NCBI GenBank assembly: GCA_964624415.1
Contig: CAZUWR010000002.1
Span: forward strand, 12,454-76,453
Reading direction: 5' to 3'
DNA from: an uncultured Bdellovibrionales bacterium
GTDB lineage: Bacteria > Patescibacteriota > Minisyncoccia > Moranbacterales > UBA1568
DNA: 64,000 nucleotides
Below the pieces are notes generated by a model that did not search any database, was not told where the DNA came from, and saw only the letters and a program-made list of their open reading frames with translations. Of this stretch, positions 17,060 through 28,415 are shown piece after piece (the stretch's first letter is position 1; the number at the start of each line of letters is the position of its first letter). A program made the translations under genes and the position numbers.

Positions 17060-17635
17060 CTAAATACTCTTAAGAAGTTTCGGTATCTTACTGAAATCTT
17101 CTAAGAGTATTTTGCGCATCGAGCCATTATAAAGCGCGGCCGCCGGGTGATACAGGGTGTAAAAATTCCTCTTCCCGAGGTTGGGCATATCGATTTCGAA
17201 GAGCTGTCCATGCACTTCCGATATCTTTTTCCCTTCAATGAAGCGCTCCATCGCATGCCGTCCAAGAGGCACAATGAGTTTAGGGCTAATGAGTCGTATC
17301 TGGGCCTCAAGCCATGGCCAACAATCAGCCACCTCTTCAGGCAATGGATCCCGATTATTCGGCGGTCGATACTTCACCACATTGGTGATATAGATATCTT
17401 CACGCTTAAGTCCTATGGAGGCGAGCATTTCACTCAAAAACTTCCCTGCCGCTCCGATAAACGGCTTCCCTTGCTCATCCTCTTTCTTTCCAGGAGCTTC
17501 CCCGATAAACAGGATTTTTGCTTTCGCACTTCCTTCTCCGGGCACGACGTTTATCGCTGTGTATTTAAGCGCACATTGACATTCCTGTGCCATTGTTTGA
17601 TTTAAGGCTTCAAGTTGTTTTTGTTTTGTGGTCAT
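17060..17635 (-). CDS. udg: Uracil-DNA glycosylase, family 4
   Basis: GEGSAKAKILFIGEAPGKKEDEQGKPFIGAAGKFL … HPAAALY motifs, typical of family-4 UDG. Confidence 0.85.
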   Translation of the reverse strand: MTTKQKQLEALNQTMAQECQCALKYTAINVVPGEGSAKAKILFIGEAPGKKEDEQGKPFIGAAGKFLSEMLASIGLKREDIYITNVVKYRPPNNRDPLPEEVADCWPWLEAQIRLISPKLIVPLGRHAMERFIEGKKISEVHGQLFEIDMPNLGKRNFYTLYHPAAALYNGSMRKILLEDFSKIPKLLKSI

Positions 17636-17687
17636 TGCTTTCGTGCATCGTTTACTGTTGTTTGTTGATTGTTGATTATTGATTGCT

Positions 17688-18650
17688 TTAAATCACCATC
17701 CAGCCATCTGCGGTCTCCTGTATCCTTCCCGGCATCTCAAATCCGCTGGCCAATCGATGCCCGGCCCCGCCGAGCTTTCGTGCCAATGCCGAAAGATCGA
17801 TGCCTTTACCTTCTTCTGAACGCATACTTCCCTTTATGGTAGCGTCATCCATCTGAAAGAAAACGAGTGAGAATTTTGTTCCCGGAACGGTATTAAGAAT
17901 AGTCGCCACCTGATTCACATCGGTAGTCGAAGCTTCACATTCAGCGATGTCTTGTTGCGTCAGAGCGGAAACAATCATACCATTCTTGGGATTGATTTTT
18001 GCTTTCGCAAAAGCCCTTCCCCACAACTTAAGCGTCGATATCTTTTTATTCGTAAAGACGCTTCCTGAAATTTTCGAAAGTGGCGCCCCGCGTTTCATAA
18101 GCACGGAAGCGATTTCCATCACGCGTGGCGTGGTGCATGAGTGCTGGAAACTTCCCGTATCAAAAGATATGCCTGTGAGGAGCGCTGTGGCGATACGAGG
18201 GGTAATGGCAGCATGCGCATACTCCAGGTAATCAAAGAGAATTTCGCACGCTGAAGAATACGAATCATCCACCATCATCACGTCCCCGCTGATAGTAATG
18301 TTTGGGTGGTGATCGATCAATACCGTCGCCTGTTCTTCGGTGATATACTCCAACATCTTGTCGAATCCGCGATCGACGCTATCGGAAGCTATCACTGCCT
18401 GATAATCCTTCCAGTTTACCTTATCAGGAGTATAAAAGTCCCCCACGAACAATTCTGCCAAATATTCAGGAAAGGGATCAAAACACACGATATCGACACG
18501 TTTACCAAGACCGACAAGGTATTCCTTGAGCGCTACATTAGCACCGATCGTGTCAGGATCGGGTCTGGTATGAGCCACTAAGAGGATATCCGTGGCATTG
18601 GCGATGATATATTTCAGATTGCGGAATTCAGAGGAAAATCGTTTGTTCAT
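17688..18650 (-). CDS. nrnA: DHH-family phosphoesterase (NrnA-like oligoribonuclease / pAp phosphatase)
   Basis: DHH motif (VLIDHHPN) and an HTRPDPDTIGA N-terminal motif. Confidence 0.75.
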   Translation of the reverse strand: MNKRFSSEFRNLKYIIANATDILLVAHTRPDPDTIGANVALKEYLVGLGKRVDIVCFDPFPEYLAELFVGDFYTPDKVNWKDYQAVIASDSVDRGFDKMLEYITEEQATVLIDHHPNITISGDVMMVDDSYSSACEILFDYLEYAHAAITPRIATALLTGISFDTGSFQHSCTTPRVMEIASVLMKRGAPLSKISGSVFTNKKISTLKLWGRAFAKAKINPKNGMIVSALTQQDIAECEASTTDVNQVATILNTVPGTKFSLVFFQMDDATIKGSMRSEEGKGIDLSALARKLGGAGHRLASGFEMPGRIQETADGWMVI

Positions 18651-18660
18651 AGCCGTATAA

Positions 18661-18996
18661 TTAGCGAAGCTCGCGAAGGATGTCTTCGACTTTTTGCGCT
18701 TCCTCCTCCGTTGAATCGAGCTTGAAGTGAATGCGTGGCAAAGGGTTCATGTGCAGCTGCTTATTCAAAGCCCCTTGTAAGGCATAAATCTCTTTTTTCA
18801 GCGTCTTGATGATATACTGTCCATCACTGGCCGGAAACACGCTCACAAGCACCTCGCAACGGCGCAGATCAGGAGAAGTGCTCACGCGAGCTACCGTCAC
18901 GATCACACCAATCTTAAAACTCACTTCGGTAGTCAGAAGAGCACTTATTTTATGCTGTAACAATTCATTGATTTTCTCCAAACGCAAAGCCGCCAT
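18661..18996 (-). CDS. rbfA: Ribosome-binding factor A
   Basis: About 110 aa. …IGVIVTVARVSTSPDLRRCEVLVSV… matches the RbfA KH-like core. Confidence 0.7.
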   Translation of the reverse strand: MAALRLEKINELLQHKISALLTTEVSFKIGVIVTVARVSTSPDLRRCEVLVSVFPASDGQYIIKTLKKEIYALQGALNKQLHMNPLPRIHFKLDSTEEEAQKVEDILRELR

Positions 18997-19151
18997 ATCT
19001 TATATTCTTATTAACTTACCCGTTATGTGATTATAAATGTTTTTGAGTATTTCTTGCGGAAAAGATTTTTTCAAAAGCCATTGGCGTACTCGCCTCGGCT
19101 GTGAAAAAATACTTTTGTGTAAGAAATACAACACCAAAAATACTCACTTTG

Positions 19152-19224
19152 TGCCCTTGGTAGGAATCGAACCTACATCTAACCCTTAGGACGGGCCCGT
19201 TCTATCCATTGAACTACAAAGGCT
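19152..19224 (-). tRNA. tRNA-Arg (CCU), tentative isotype
   Basis: Reverse complement GCCTTTGTAGTTCAATGGATAGAAC-GGGCCCGTCCTAAGGGTT-AGAT-GTAGGTTCGATTCCTAC-CAAGGGCA. The cloverleaf folds with anticodon CCT. Confidence 0.65.
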
Positions 19225-19235
19225 ATCCGATCGCT

Positions 19236-19455
19236 TTCCTTTGATTATACCATGAGTAACTCTTTTACATCTCACCGCCATAAACATCTCAGAAGGGGAG
19301 AACTTTAGGGCTTGCCGGAAAAATAGTGTGTATTTTCGCTGCAAATCGTTTATCGCGTGTCAACATATATCCATATGCCTTCGTGCGATAAAGCGATTTT
19401 CGCTGAAAATTCATACTATTTTTCTCGACATGAGATGTAAAAGAGTTACTCAAAC
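19236..19455. repeat. About 200-bp nested inverted-repeat (long hairpin) element between gyrA and the tRNA
   Basis: Outer arms ATGAGTAACTCTTTTACATCTCA (19241-19263) and TGAGATGTAAAAGAGTTACTCA (19428-19449) are perfect reverse complements. The inner pair is TATTTTCGCTGCAAATCG / CGATTTTCGCTGAAAATTCATA. Confidence 0.6.
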
Positions 19456-19550
19456 GAGACGATAGTACACTCTAGCACTAAATCACGATTGAGGCAACTT
19501 TTATACCAAAAGCAAAAGACGCCACACCAATGACGCCTTTTGCTATTCTT

Positions 19551-22019
19551 TTATACGAAGGTGAATGATCCGACTTTATCCCCTGCCTGCGGACGCATCA
19601 CGCGCACACCCTGCGTCACTCGCGAGAGCAGCGGCACGCTCTTGAGCGGCACGCGGATAATAGTGCCTTTGTCTGAAGTAGACATGATATCCGCATCCTC
19701 TTCCTCACCCTTGCGCATCACGCGCGCACCGATGAGATTGCCGGTCTTGGGTGTCACCTTGACCGTCCGGATACCCGACCCGCCGCGCTTTTGGATTTTG
19801 TAGTGCCTGATTTCGCTGCGTTTACCATATCCATTCGCTGTAAGGATGAGGAGTTGGGAACCCTTTTGATCCTGCGGAATCACATCCATACCCACCACCG
19901 TGTCTTTTTCTTTCAATTTGATACCATGCACACCAGCTGCATTGCGTCCCATTGGCCGTGCATCGGTTTCCTTGAAGCGGATAGCCTGTCCATCAGATGT
20001 GGTAATGATAGCCTGATCAGTGCCGGTTGTCGGCCTCACCCATCCGAGTGTATCACCCTTCTCCAGAGTGATGGCGATCAAACCGCTTCGGCGTACATTA
20101 GCGAAATCGCTTATCTTGGTTTTCTTGACCGTTCCATTGGTCGTTGTCATAAAGAGGTACTTGTACCCATCCTCTTTCGCATTGAGTGCGATCATCACGG
20201 TAATTTTCTCGCCCTGAGCCAATTGCAAGAAATTCACCACTGCCTGTCCTTTGGAAGTACGGGATGATTCGGGTATTTCGTATGCCTTGGTCTGGAACAC
20301 TTTTCCCGTATTGGTAAAGAACATCAGATCATCATGCGTCATAATGCTGGTCACCTGAGCGATCGAATCGCCTTCCTTAGTGGTTGCACCGATCACGCCT
20401 TTGCCACCGCGCTTCTGCACGCGATACACATCGGGATTCATACGCTTGATATACCCATCTTCACTAAGAGTAATAAGAGCCTCTTCATTTGGAATCAGAT
20501 CTTCCTGGCTAAATTCACCGATAGCCGATCGCATGACTTTGGTCTTGCGCGCATCACCGTATTTTTCCTTCAGTTCTGCCAACTCATCTTTGATAATACC
20601 GAATATTTTTTTGCGATGCTTAAGAATATCCTCGAGCTTGGCGATGATTTTCAACTTCTCCACCAATTCATCCTCGATTTTTTTGCGTTCCAATCCGGCC
20701 AGTGTCTGTAAACGCATTTCCAAGATAGCAGTGGCCTGCCTATCGGAAAGCTTGAACTTTCGCATCAAATTGGTGTGTGCCAGTTCTCGTGTCGGGGATT
20801 TTTTGATAACAGCAATCACTTCATCAATATGATCGAGGGCTATTTTCAATCCCTCCAAGATATGCGCACGATCCTTGGCTTTCTGCAATTCAAACTGTGT
20901 ACGCCTCACCACCACGTGTTCACGGTGCGTGATATAGTGCTCGAGGATAGACTTGAGGTTGAGAATCTGAGGATCGATACCATCCACCAGTGCCAACATA
21001 TTGAAGTTGAAGTTTTTCTGTAAATCAGTATGCGAATAGAGTTGATTGAGCACCTTCTGCGGATACGCTTCTTTTTTCAGCTCGATCACGATACGTACGC
21101 CGTCTTTGTCGGATTCATCGCGCAAGTCTCGGATACCGGCGATCTTCGCCTCCTTCACCAAGTCAGCCATCTTCTCGATCATCACCGCTTTATTGGTCGC
21201 ATAGGTCATTTCTGTCACCACGATCTGGAACATGCCGGATTTAGTTTCCTCAATTTCCGCCTTGGCGCGAGTCACGACGCGCCCGCGACCGGTGATATAG
21301 GCATTGCGGATGTCTGAAGCATTGTAAATGATGCCTCCTGTTGGAAAATCCGGTCCCTTAATAAACTGAAGCAAATCATCGATAGTCGCTTCAGGATTAT
21401 CGATCAGGCAGGCAATAGCATCGATGAGCTCATTAAGGTTATGCGGCGGGATATTGGTTGCCATACCGACCGCGATACCCATCACACCATTGAGAAGTAA
21501 CTGCGGGAGTTTGGCGGGCAATACGAGCGGTTCTTGATGTACACCGTCGTAGTTCGGTATAAAATCCACCGTGTCCTTTTCGATATCCACAAGCATCTCT
21601 TCAGCAATCGCTTTCAGTTTCGCCTCGGTATATCGATACGCTGCAGGACTATCACCGTCCATCGAGCCGAAGTTTCCCTGGCCCCATATGAGCGGGTAAC
21701 GCAGAGAGAAATCCTGGGCCATACGCACCATCGAGTCATACACCGCGGTATCGCCATGCGGATGCCATTTTCCCAGCACCTCTCCGACTACGGTAGCGGA
21801 TTTTCGAAATTTTGCTCCGGACTTCAAGCCCGTTGACCACATAGAATACAAGATGCGTCTGTGCACCGGCTTCAAACCGTCCCGCACATCCGGCAAGGCG
21901 CGTGATACAATCACGCTCATCGCATAATCCAGATATGACTGCTTCACCTCATCGGTAATCGTACGCGGATTGATGATTCCATCCTTATATTCTTTGAAAA
22001 CGTGATTTTTTTTCGCCAT
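19551..22019 (-). CDS. gyrA: DNA gyrase subunit A (type IIA topoisomerase A subunit)
   Basis: [27 protein letters not shown] active-site region, 822 aa with C-terminal beta-pinwheel repeats. Confidence 0.9.
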   Translation of the reverse strand: MAKKNHVFKEYKDGIINPRTITDEVKQSYLDYAMSVIVSRALPDVRDGLKPVHRRILYSMWSTGLKSGAKFRKSATVVGEVLGKWHPHGDTAVYDSMVRMAQDFSLRYPLIWGQGNFGSMDGDSPAAYRYTEAKLKAIAEEMLVDIEKDTVDFIPNYDGVHQEPLVLPAKLPQLLLNGVMGIAVGMATNIPPHNLNELIDAIACLIDNPEATIDDLLQFIKGPDFPTGGIIYNASDIRNAYITGRGRVVTRAKAEIEETKSGMFQIVVTEMTYATNKAVMIEKMADLVKEAKIAGIRDLRDESDKDGVRIVIELKKEAYPQKVLNQLYSHTDLQKNFNFNMLALVDGIDPQILNLKSILEHYITHREHVVVRRTQFELQKAKDRAHILEGLKIALDHIDEVIAVIKKSPTRELAHTNLMRKFKLSDRQATAILEMRLQTLAGLERKKIEDELVEKLKIIAKLEDILKHRKKIFGIIKDELAELKEKYGDARKTKVMRSAIGEFSQEDLIPNEEALITLSEDGYIKRMNPDVYRVQKRGGKGVIGATTKEGDSIAQVTSIMTHDDLMFFTNTGKVFQTKAYEIPESSRTSKGQAVVNFLQLAQGEKITVMIALNAKEDGYKYLFMTTTNGTVKKTKISDFANVRRSGLIAITLEKGDTLGWVRPTTGTDQAIITTSDGQAIRFKETDARPMGRNAAGVHGIKLKEKDTVVGMDVIPQDQKGSQLLILTANGYGKRSEIRHYKIQKRGGSGIRTVKVTPKTGNLIGARVMRKGEEEDADIMSTSDKGTIIRVPLKSVPLLSRVTQGVRVMRPQAGDKVGSFTFV

Positions 22020-22037
22020 AGCGTTGCAATAAATTCG

Positions 22038-22307
22038 TTACTTTTTTATCCATTCATTAAGTGATGGTGCCGTATCCGATGGTGGTGTGTTTGTATTGGG
22101 AGTAGACTGATTGGTCTGTTGAGCTGGTTCCGATGCCTGTGGCGCGTTTTCTTGCTGTTTCTGAAATGATGTCGTGAGAGAGAAAATCCACAAAAGACTG
22201 ATAATGCACATAGAAACGAACACGCTCACCAACACATACCGCATACGGACTTCCTCAGGCTTGCTGCGAATCTCTTCTATTTTCCTGTAAATATTCATAA
22301 TCAACAC
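22038..22307 (-). CDS. Small membrane-anchored protein upstream of gyrA
   Basis: Single TM helix and a Pro/Thr/Ser-rich tail. Confidence 0.35.
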   Translation of the reverse strand: MLIMNIYRKIEEIRSKPEEVRMRYVLVSVFVSMCIISLLWIFSLTTSFQKQQENAPQASEPAQQTNQSTPNTNTPPSDTAPSLNEWIKK

Positions 22308-22340
22308 TTCGTATGATAATTACGCTTCTTCAAAGAAGGC

Positions 22341-23042
22341 TTACGCTCGCTCTAAAAGGACTATTTCCATACTCTTACCCTCCAGATCTTTCTTTTTAAG
22401 GGAAAGTTTGGCAACTTTTTCGGTAGGACAATTCCCGATTTCCACACAAAACGCCTTCTCATCCTCAAAGCCAACCGTCATACCATCCATCTTGTAGTGC
22501 ATTGGGATTACGAGAGCAGGTTCGATTTTTCGGATGGTTTCCTCAATCTGCTTGATGGCCAAGGTATCGTTATCCCCCACGGGAATAAACAAGATATCGA
22601 CGGCGGCGATTTTTTCAATTTGAGCGGGAGTCAACTCGTGCCCTAAAGCGCCAAGGAAACACAGATTCATAGACTCTGCCTGAAACACAAATACCGTGTT
22701 CTGACCACGCAAAGCGCCTTTTTCCATATCTTGATAGGAGGCGATACCAAAAGCATTCACTCCTTTAACGGCATATTCTCCCGGATCGCTCAGTGTCACC
22801 TTATCACCCTTAAGCCCGGCTGCCTCAATGTCCACGCTATTGCTATGTGAAAGAAACATAATATCCGCCTGTCCTTGAGGGCTGCGCAAGCCCGTAGCCT
22901 TATCGCACGGATCCGTCCAAATAACGATATCTTCGGTTGCACGGCCAAAAGGCTTCGTGGTTATCTTAAAACAATAGTCTCCGTAATACTGGATATTCAT
23001 ACCATTCAATATACACAAATAAGTAAGACAAGTACCAAACAC
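22341..23042 (-). CDS. Metallo-beta-lactamase-fold metal-dependent hydrolase
   Basis: MBL-like fold with a degenerate HxHxDH region (FLSHSNSVD) and downstream His/Asp residues. Confidence 0.5.
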   Translation of the reverse strand: MFGTCLTYLCILNGMNIQYYGDYCFKITTKPFGRATEDIVIWTDPCDKATGLRSPQGQADIMFLSHSNSVDIEAAGLKGDKVTLSDPGEYAVKGVNAFGIASYQDMEKGALRGQNTVFVFQAESMNLCFLGALGHELTPAQIEKIAAVDILFIPVGDNDTLAIKQIEETIRKIEPALVIPMHYKMDGMTVGFEDEKAFCVEIGNCPTEKVAKLSLKKKDLEGKSMEIVLLERA

Positions 23043-23259
23043 ATTCCTAATAGAATACGTTTGATTTCCTTACTAGTATACTATGCAAGCCTTCCCTTGT
23101 CGAGAATAGCAGACATCCTACCTTGGGGATGGCGGGCATCTTGCCAAAATATACAATATGCGCTACAATACCTTGACGATGAAGAAAAGAGAGAAGTGAA
23201 TATCAGCATCATAATTTTTAATGGATAGCGAGATGCGGCTATCGTAGGATACTTTATTT

Positions 23260-24441
23260 ATGACAAAGAAAACGCTCAAGGACTTGGTGGACAACTCGGA
23301 AACACCAATCTCCGCAAAAAAAGGCTCTGTAAAGGAAAAAACAAGCGAAACAGAGGTATCCGTTATGGAGGCACTGATGGAGGCGCATCCATTTGAAATC
23401 CCAATGGTGGGCGATGTACTTACCGGAACCGTGATCGATACCTCTTCTAATTCGGCTCTTTTGGACTTAGGACCCCTCGGAACCGGTGTTGTTTTGGGCA
23501 AGGAAATGAAGGATGGTCTCGGCTCCAATGCGAAACTGAAAGTAGGAGATGTCGTGACCGCAACCCTCACCGATCTTGAGAACGAGGATGGCTACATCGA
23601 ACTTTCCATCCGTGAAGCTTCTTACGAGAAGTCCTGGGATGATATCGAGAATAAGCGTGATAACAAGGATATTGTTACCACCAAGGTACTCGAAGCCAAT
23701 AAGGGTGGTCTTATGATTGAAATCAACGGTATTGTTGGATTTCTCCCGGTTTCCCAGCTTTCAAGCGAGCACTATCCTCGCGTTGAAGATGGCGACAAGA
23801 ATAAGATTCTCGAACTATTGCGCAAATTGATCGGTCAAGAGCTTACCGTTCGCATCCTTGATGCTGATCGCGAGGCACAGAAGCTTATCGGTAGTGAAAA
23901 GGCTGCACAAAGCGAAAAGGAACGCGAGGTTATCTCGAATCTTAAGATCGGCGATAAAATCGAGGGAGAAGTCAGTGGTGTCGTGGACTTCGGAGCTTTC
24001 GTGAAATTCCCATCTCCAAGCGGAAAGAAGGGTGAAAAACTCGAAGGATTGGTACATATTTCCGAATTGGCATGGCAGCTTATCGATGATCCTCGTGAAA
24101 TCGTCAAAATGGGCGATATGGTGCAGGCACAGATTATCGGTATCGAAGATACCCGTATCTCCCTTTCTATGAAGACCCTGAAGGAAGATCCTTGGAGCCG
24201 CGTCAAAGAAAAGTACAATGTCGGTGACATTGTCGATGGCAAGGTGGACAAGATCAATCATTTCGGATCATTCGTTTACCTCGACAAGGATATCCACGGA
24301 TTGGCTCATGTGAGCGAATTCCAGGATGTCTACGCGGGAAAGAAAATGGAAGATATCTTCAAGACCGGAGAGGTCTACAAGTGGAAAATCCTTTCTATCG
24401 AGCCAAAAACTCACCGAATGGGATTGCTTCCGGTCAAATAA
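23260..24441 (+). CDS. rpsA: Ribosomal protein S1-like, multi-S1-domain RNA-binding protein
   Basis: Four S1-like repeats (GDVLTGTV…, GDKIEGEVSGVVDFGAFVKF…, GDMVQAQIIGI…, GDIVDGKVDKINHFGSFVYL…). Confidence 0.75.
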   Translation: MTKKTLKDLVDNSETPISAKKGSVKEKTSETEVSVMEALMEAHPFEIPMVGDVLTGTVIDTSSNSALLDLGPLGTGVVLGKEMKDGLGSNAKLKVGDVVTATLTDLENEDGYIELSIREASYEKSWDDIENKRDNKDIVTTKVLEANKGGLMIEINGIVGFLPVSQLSSEHYPRVEDGDKNKILELLRKLIGQELTVRILDADREAQKLIGSEKAAQSEKEREVISNLKIGDKIEGEVSGVVDFGAFVKFPSPSGKKGEKLEGLVHISELAWQLIDDPREIVKMGDMVQAQIIGIEDTRISLSMKTLKEDPWSRVKEKYNVGDIVDGKVDKINHFGSFVYLDKDIHGLAHVSEFQDVYAGKKMEDIFKTGEVYKWKILSIEPKTHRMGLLPVK

Positions 24442-24569
24442 GGTCTTCGGACTTTGCAATATACAAAAAACGGGACTTCGTGTCTCGTTTTTTGTATACT
24501 CACTTCGAGTTGTCTTTTTCTCTTTGATGTACTATAATGAGCTATCCATTTATTCATTAACACTTTATC

Positions 24570-25124
24570 ATGTACTCAAATATTTTTGTTATTTATGGTC
24601 CTTCTGGTTCGGGTCAAGATTCTGTTATTGAGGGGGTTCAAAAGCAAATACCGCTAGAAAGAGTTGTTACGACTGTGACACGTACCATGCGCCCAACAGA
24701 ATCTCAGGGACATCCCTACTATTTCATCACCAGGGAAGCTTTTGAAGAAAAAATTAAAAATAACGAACTCCTTGAATACTTAAAAAAATACGAAGGGGAC
24801 TACTACGGCGTAACAAAAAGCGAAATTGAGCGCGTAGCACAAAGTAATAAAATAGGCATATGGAAAGTTGATTTTGCTGGAGCGCGCGATTTAAAACAAC
24901 GATTTCCAGAGCTCACCGTTATCTGTATCAACGCACCACTTTCGGCCATTGAAAGACGCATTCGAAAACGAGACAATCCAACAGAAGAATATCTCCAAGC
25001 TCGATTAAAACATATCCGCGAATGGCTTCCAAAAAGCATTTATGATTTTAAGGTTGAAAATGAAGATGGGAAGCTTGAAGAAACTATTAATCAAGTCTGC
25101 TCAATAATACGAAGCAAGAAATAG
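24570..25124 (+). CDS. gmk: Guanylate kinase-like protein with an atypical P-loop
   Basis: TTVTRTMRPTESQGHPYYFITREAFEEKIKNNELLEYLKKYEGDYYGVT fits GMP kinase. The P-loop is YGPSGSGQDS, with Gln where the Walker A Lys is expected. Confidence 0.65.
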   Translation: MYSNIFVIYGPSGSGQDSVIEGVQKQIPLERVVTTVTRTMRPTESQGHPYYFITREAFEEKIKNNELLEYLKKYEGDYYGVTKSEIERVAQSNKIGIWKVDFAGARDLKQRFPELTVICINAPLSAIERRIRKRDNPTEEYLQARLKHIREWLPKSIYDFKVENEDGKLEETINQVCSIIRSKK

Positions 25125-25129
25125 ATCCT

Positions 25130-26128
25130 ATGTCAGCCTTTATCAAAACAGTCCAAAACACCGCCCACACACACCGCCTGTGGTCAAAGGGATCACGGAT
25201 GATTGTTGGTGTCTCAGGCGGCGCTGACAGTGTGTGTTTGCTTGATGTTTTGGTAGAGCTTGGCAAAAAATACGATTGGGAGCTTCGTGTCGCTCATGTG
25301 AACTACGGTCTGCGTGGATCCGATTCGGATGATGATGAACGTCTCGTCAGAGAATTGGCGCAATACTACCAGCTTCCCTGCTCCGTGTATAAGCCAAAAA
25401 TTACAACCACAAGCAATCTTGAAGAGGTGTTACGCGATAAACGGTATCGTTTTTTCGAAACAATACGCCAAAAATACGACTGTGAAAGCATAGCGATCGC
25501 ACACACCCTCAATGATCAGGCGGAGACCGTCTTGATGCGGCTTATCCGTGGATCAGGACTTTCCGGTCTCTCTGCTATGCAAGCAAAAACAAACCATATT
25601 ATCAGACCCTTTCTTGAAGTAAGCCGCCACGACATCCTAGAATACATCAAAGAGCGCAAACTGACCTATCATACCGATAGTTCCAACAGCGACACTCGTT
25701 TTCTGCGTAACAGTATCCGACATAAGCTTATTCCTTATCTTCAAAAAAACTTCAATCACAATATACAAGAAGTACTCGCCAACACCGCACGAGTTACCGG
25801 CGAAGACTATGCCCTTCTGCAAGCATACGAAAAAGAGCATCTTATTCCCTTTCAGTATAATGACAATAGTCATACACTTACTTTTCATCGCGATGCCTTT
25901 CTCAAACTCGACCAAAGTATACAAAAAATGACCCTTCGCACATTCTTCACTCTTGTGAAAGGTACTATTAAAGGCATTACAAGCGCCCATATACACGGGG
26001 CTGTGCGTATGCTCGAAAGCGAAAAAAGCAAAATCAAGACTCTCTCTTTTGGGGGTATCTGCGTTACCTATACAACCAATCAAGTGGCGATACATATCAT
26101 AGATCTATCCGAAAAAGCCGTTTTATAA
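25130..26128 (+). CDS. tilS: tRNA(Ile)-lysidine synthetase
   Basis: PP-loop VGVSGGADSVCLL, located immediately upstream of ftsH. Confidence 0.85.
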   Translation: MSAFIKTVQNTAHTHRLWSKGSRMIVGVSGGADSVCLLDVLVELGKKYDWELRVAHVNYGLRGSDSDDDERLVRELAQYYQLPCSVYKPKITTTSNLEEVLRDKRYRFFETIRQKYDCESIAIAHTLNDQAETVLMRLIRGSGLSGLSAMQAKTNHIIRPFLEVSRHDILEYIKERKLTYHTDSSNSDTRFLRNSIRHKLIPYLQKNFNHNIQEVLANTARVTGEDYALLQAYEKEHLIPFQYNDNSHTLTFHRDAFLKLDQSIQKMTLRTFFTLVKGTIKGITSAHIHGAVRMLESEKSKIKTLSFGGICVTYTTNQVAIHIIDLSEKAVL

Positions 26129-26270
26129 ACGCATAAGGTTGAAGATAATACGAAAAGATGCTACAGTAGCAAGGACTCTTATGTAAACAGGGGCTTTTTT
26201 TGAGAGATGGTTATGCTGCTCAAAAATAGCCTTTTATAGACCTTTATAAAAAGTTAATCACAATAACTGT

Positions 26271-28103
26271 ATGAAAAACATCACCAAGAATCTGAGTGGT
26301 ATCATTCTCCTGTTTCTTTTGATTTCCGGGATAATGATACTCTATCAGTCCCCAACACCGAAACCAGCTGATGTATCCCTCAGCCAGCTTGCCGAACAAC
26401 TCAATGCCGGACAAGTCAAACAGATCACGGTCAACAAAAATGACCTGGCCATCGACCTTAAGGATGGTAAAACGGAAAAAGCTACTAAAGAATCTGAGGC
26501 TTCCCTCACCGATTCTTTGAGTAATTACGGGGTAGACAAGGACAAGCTTAAAGAAGTGAGTATCACTATCGAGGGTGAATCCGGAACTTCTTTTTGGGCA
26601 GCGGCTATTTTGCCTTTCCTCCTCCCTTTCCTCCTCATCGGAGCATTGCTGTGGTTTATGCTCCGTCAAGCACAGCGAGGAAACTCCCAAGCGATGTCAT
26701 TCGGTATGAGCCGCGCTCGTATGGTAGATCCTAACGACAAAAAGAAGCAGGTAAAGTTTTCCGATGTGGCGGGTGCGGAAGAGGCTAAAATTGAGCTTCA
26801 GGAAATCGTCGAATTCCTCAAACACCCCAAGAAATTCAAAGACATGGGTGCAAAAATCCCCAAAGGTGTGCTCCTTTTGGGTCAGCCGGGAACCGGAAAG
26901 ACTTTGATGGCGCGTGCTGTCGCAGGTGAAGCCGGCGTACCTTTTTTCAATATCAGCGGTTCGGAGTTTGTGGAGATGTTTGTGGGAGTTGGCGCCAGTC
27001 GCGTACGAGATCTCTTCAAACAAGCACTCAAAAGCGCTCCTGCTATTGTTTTCATTGATGAGATCGATGCTGTCGGTCGCCATCGTGGTGCGGGCCTTGG
27101 AGGCGGACACGACGAACGAGAACAGACACTCAATCAGATTCTGGTAGAAATGGACGGTTTTGAGACTGATACCAATATTATCGTTATCGCAGCCACCAAT
27201 CGCCCGGACGTACTTGATCCAGCATTGCTTCGGCCAGGTCGTTTCGATCGCCGCGTCACAATGGATCTTCCAGATATCAATGAGCGCGAAGCCATCCTTG
27301 CTATTCATGTAAAAAACAAACCTCTTGAAAAAGAAGTTCGCCTGCGGACTTTGGCCGAACGAACCCCTGGTTTTTCGGGCGCTGACCTTGCTAACTTAGT
27401 CAATGAAGCCGCTATCCTCGCTGCTCGTCGCAACAAAAAAACCATCAGCATAGCCGAGCTTACCGAGTCCATCGAAAAGGTGATGCTTGGACCGGAACGA
27501 AGAAGCAAAGTAATCAGCCCGAAAGAAAAAGAGATTATCGCCTATCACGAAGGCGGACACGCTTTGGTAGCTGCATTCTTGCCCTATGCCGACCCAGTGC
27601 AAAAGGTTTCTATCATTTCTCGCGGTCACGCTGGAGGCTATACCCTCGCCGTACCGACCGAGGACCGGGGACTGCACTCTTATAGGTACTTCCTTGATGA
27701 ACTCGCCACTTTTCTCGGTGGCTACGCGAGTGAGAAGCTTATTTTTGACGATGTTACGACCGGACCATCCAGCGATCTGGAGCGCGCCACCCAAATGGCT
27801 CGTAGTATCGTTACTCGTTATGGTATGAGCACGCTTGGACCTCGTACCTTTGGAAAAAAGGAAGAGCTGGTCTTTTTGGGACGGGAAATGCACGAGGAGC
27901 GCAATTACTCAGAGAAAACCGCCCAGGAAATCGACCAGGAGGTATCCCGATTTGTGAGCGAGGCTTATGATAGGGCTCGTAGCATCCTCGTAGAGAAAAA
28001 AGATATCCTGAAAAAGATTGCGGAAACGCTTCTGGAAAAGGAGATTCTTGAAAAAGAGGAGTTTGATGCTATTATCGGTACGGTTCCGGCAAAAATCCTT
28101 TAG
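26271..28103 (+). CDS. ftsH: ATP-dependent zinc metalloprotease FtsH
   Basis: N-terminal TMs, AAA Walker A GQPGTGKT, second region of homology, zinc site HEGGHA. Confidence 0.95.
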   Translation: MKNITKNLSGIILLFLLISGIMILYQSPTPKPADVSLSQLAEQLNAGQVKQITVNKNDLAIDLKDGKTEKATKESEASLTDSLSNYGVDKDKLKEVSITIEGESGTSFWAAAILPFLLPFLLIGALLWFMLRQAQRGNSQAMSFGMSRARMVDPNDKKKQVKFSDVAGAEEAKIELQEIVEFLKHPKKFKDMGAKIPKGVLLLGQPGTGKTLMARAVAGEAGVPFFNISGSEFVEMFVGVGASRVRDLFKQALKSAPAIVFIDEIDAVGRHRGAGLGGGHDEREQTLNQILVEMDGFETDTNIIVIAATNRPDVLDPALLRPGRFDRRVTMDLPDINEREAILAIHVKNKPLEKEVRLRTLAERTPGFSGADLANLVNEAAILAARRNKKTISIAELTESIEKVMLGPERRSKVISPKEKEIIAYHEGGHALVAAFLPYADPVQKVSIISRGHAGGYTLAVPTEDRGLHSYRYFLDELATFLGGYASEKLIFDDVTTGPSSDLERATQMARSIVTRYGMSTLGPRTFGKKEELVFLGREMHEERNYSEKTAQEIDQEVSRFVSEAYDRARSILVEKKDILKKIAETLLEKEILEKEEFDAIIGTVPAKIL

Positions 28104-28129
28104 AAGTACTTGCTTCTCCACTGTCATCT

Positions 28130-28162
28130 CAACAAAAAACAAGGTCTCAGAGCCTTGTTTTT
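28130..28162 (+). terminator. Rho-independent terminator after ftsH
   Basis: AAAAAACAAGGTCTCAGAGCCTTGTTTTTTGTTT. Confidence 0.65.
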
Positions 28163-28212
28163 TGTTTGCCTCTTGATTTTTATAGCAAACTTGTCTATAC
28201 TGAGGTTACTTT

Positions 28213-28289
28213 GGGTGTATAGCTCAGTTGGTTAGAGCGCTACATTGACATTGTAGAGGTCTCCTGTTCGAGTCAGGATACACCCACCA
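28213..28289 (+). tRNA. tRNA-Val (GAC), CCA encoded
   Basis: GGGTGTATAGCTCAGTTGGTTAGAGC…CATTGACATTG…GGTTCGAGTCC…TACACCCACCA. Confidence 0.9.
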
Positions 28290-28415
28290 TCGAAGTAATA
28301 CTTACACACAGCTATTTAGTATCTCTTAACGAATACACAAAAAACCCTCTGTAAAGGGTATGGGAGTTTTTATTAAGCCAAACAACCGCTTTGTCATAAA
28401 CAAGCGGTTGTTTTA

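Noticed and set aside
19791-21836. Multiple 80-160-aa ORFs antisense to gyrA, and similar antisense ORFs within ftsH, pnp, uvrD, virB4, the giant ORF, etc.
   Set aside because: They are nested in confidently identified genes on the opposite strand and have no motifs. These are typical shadow ORFs.
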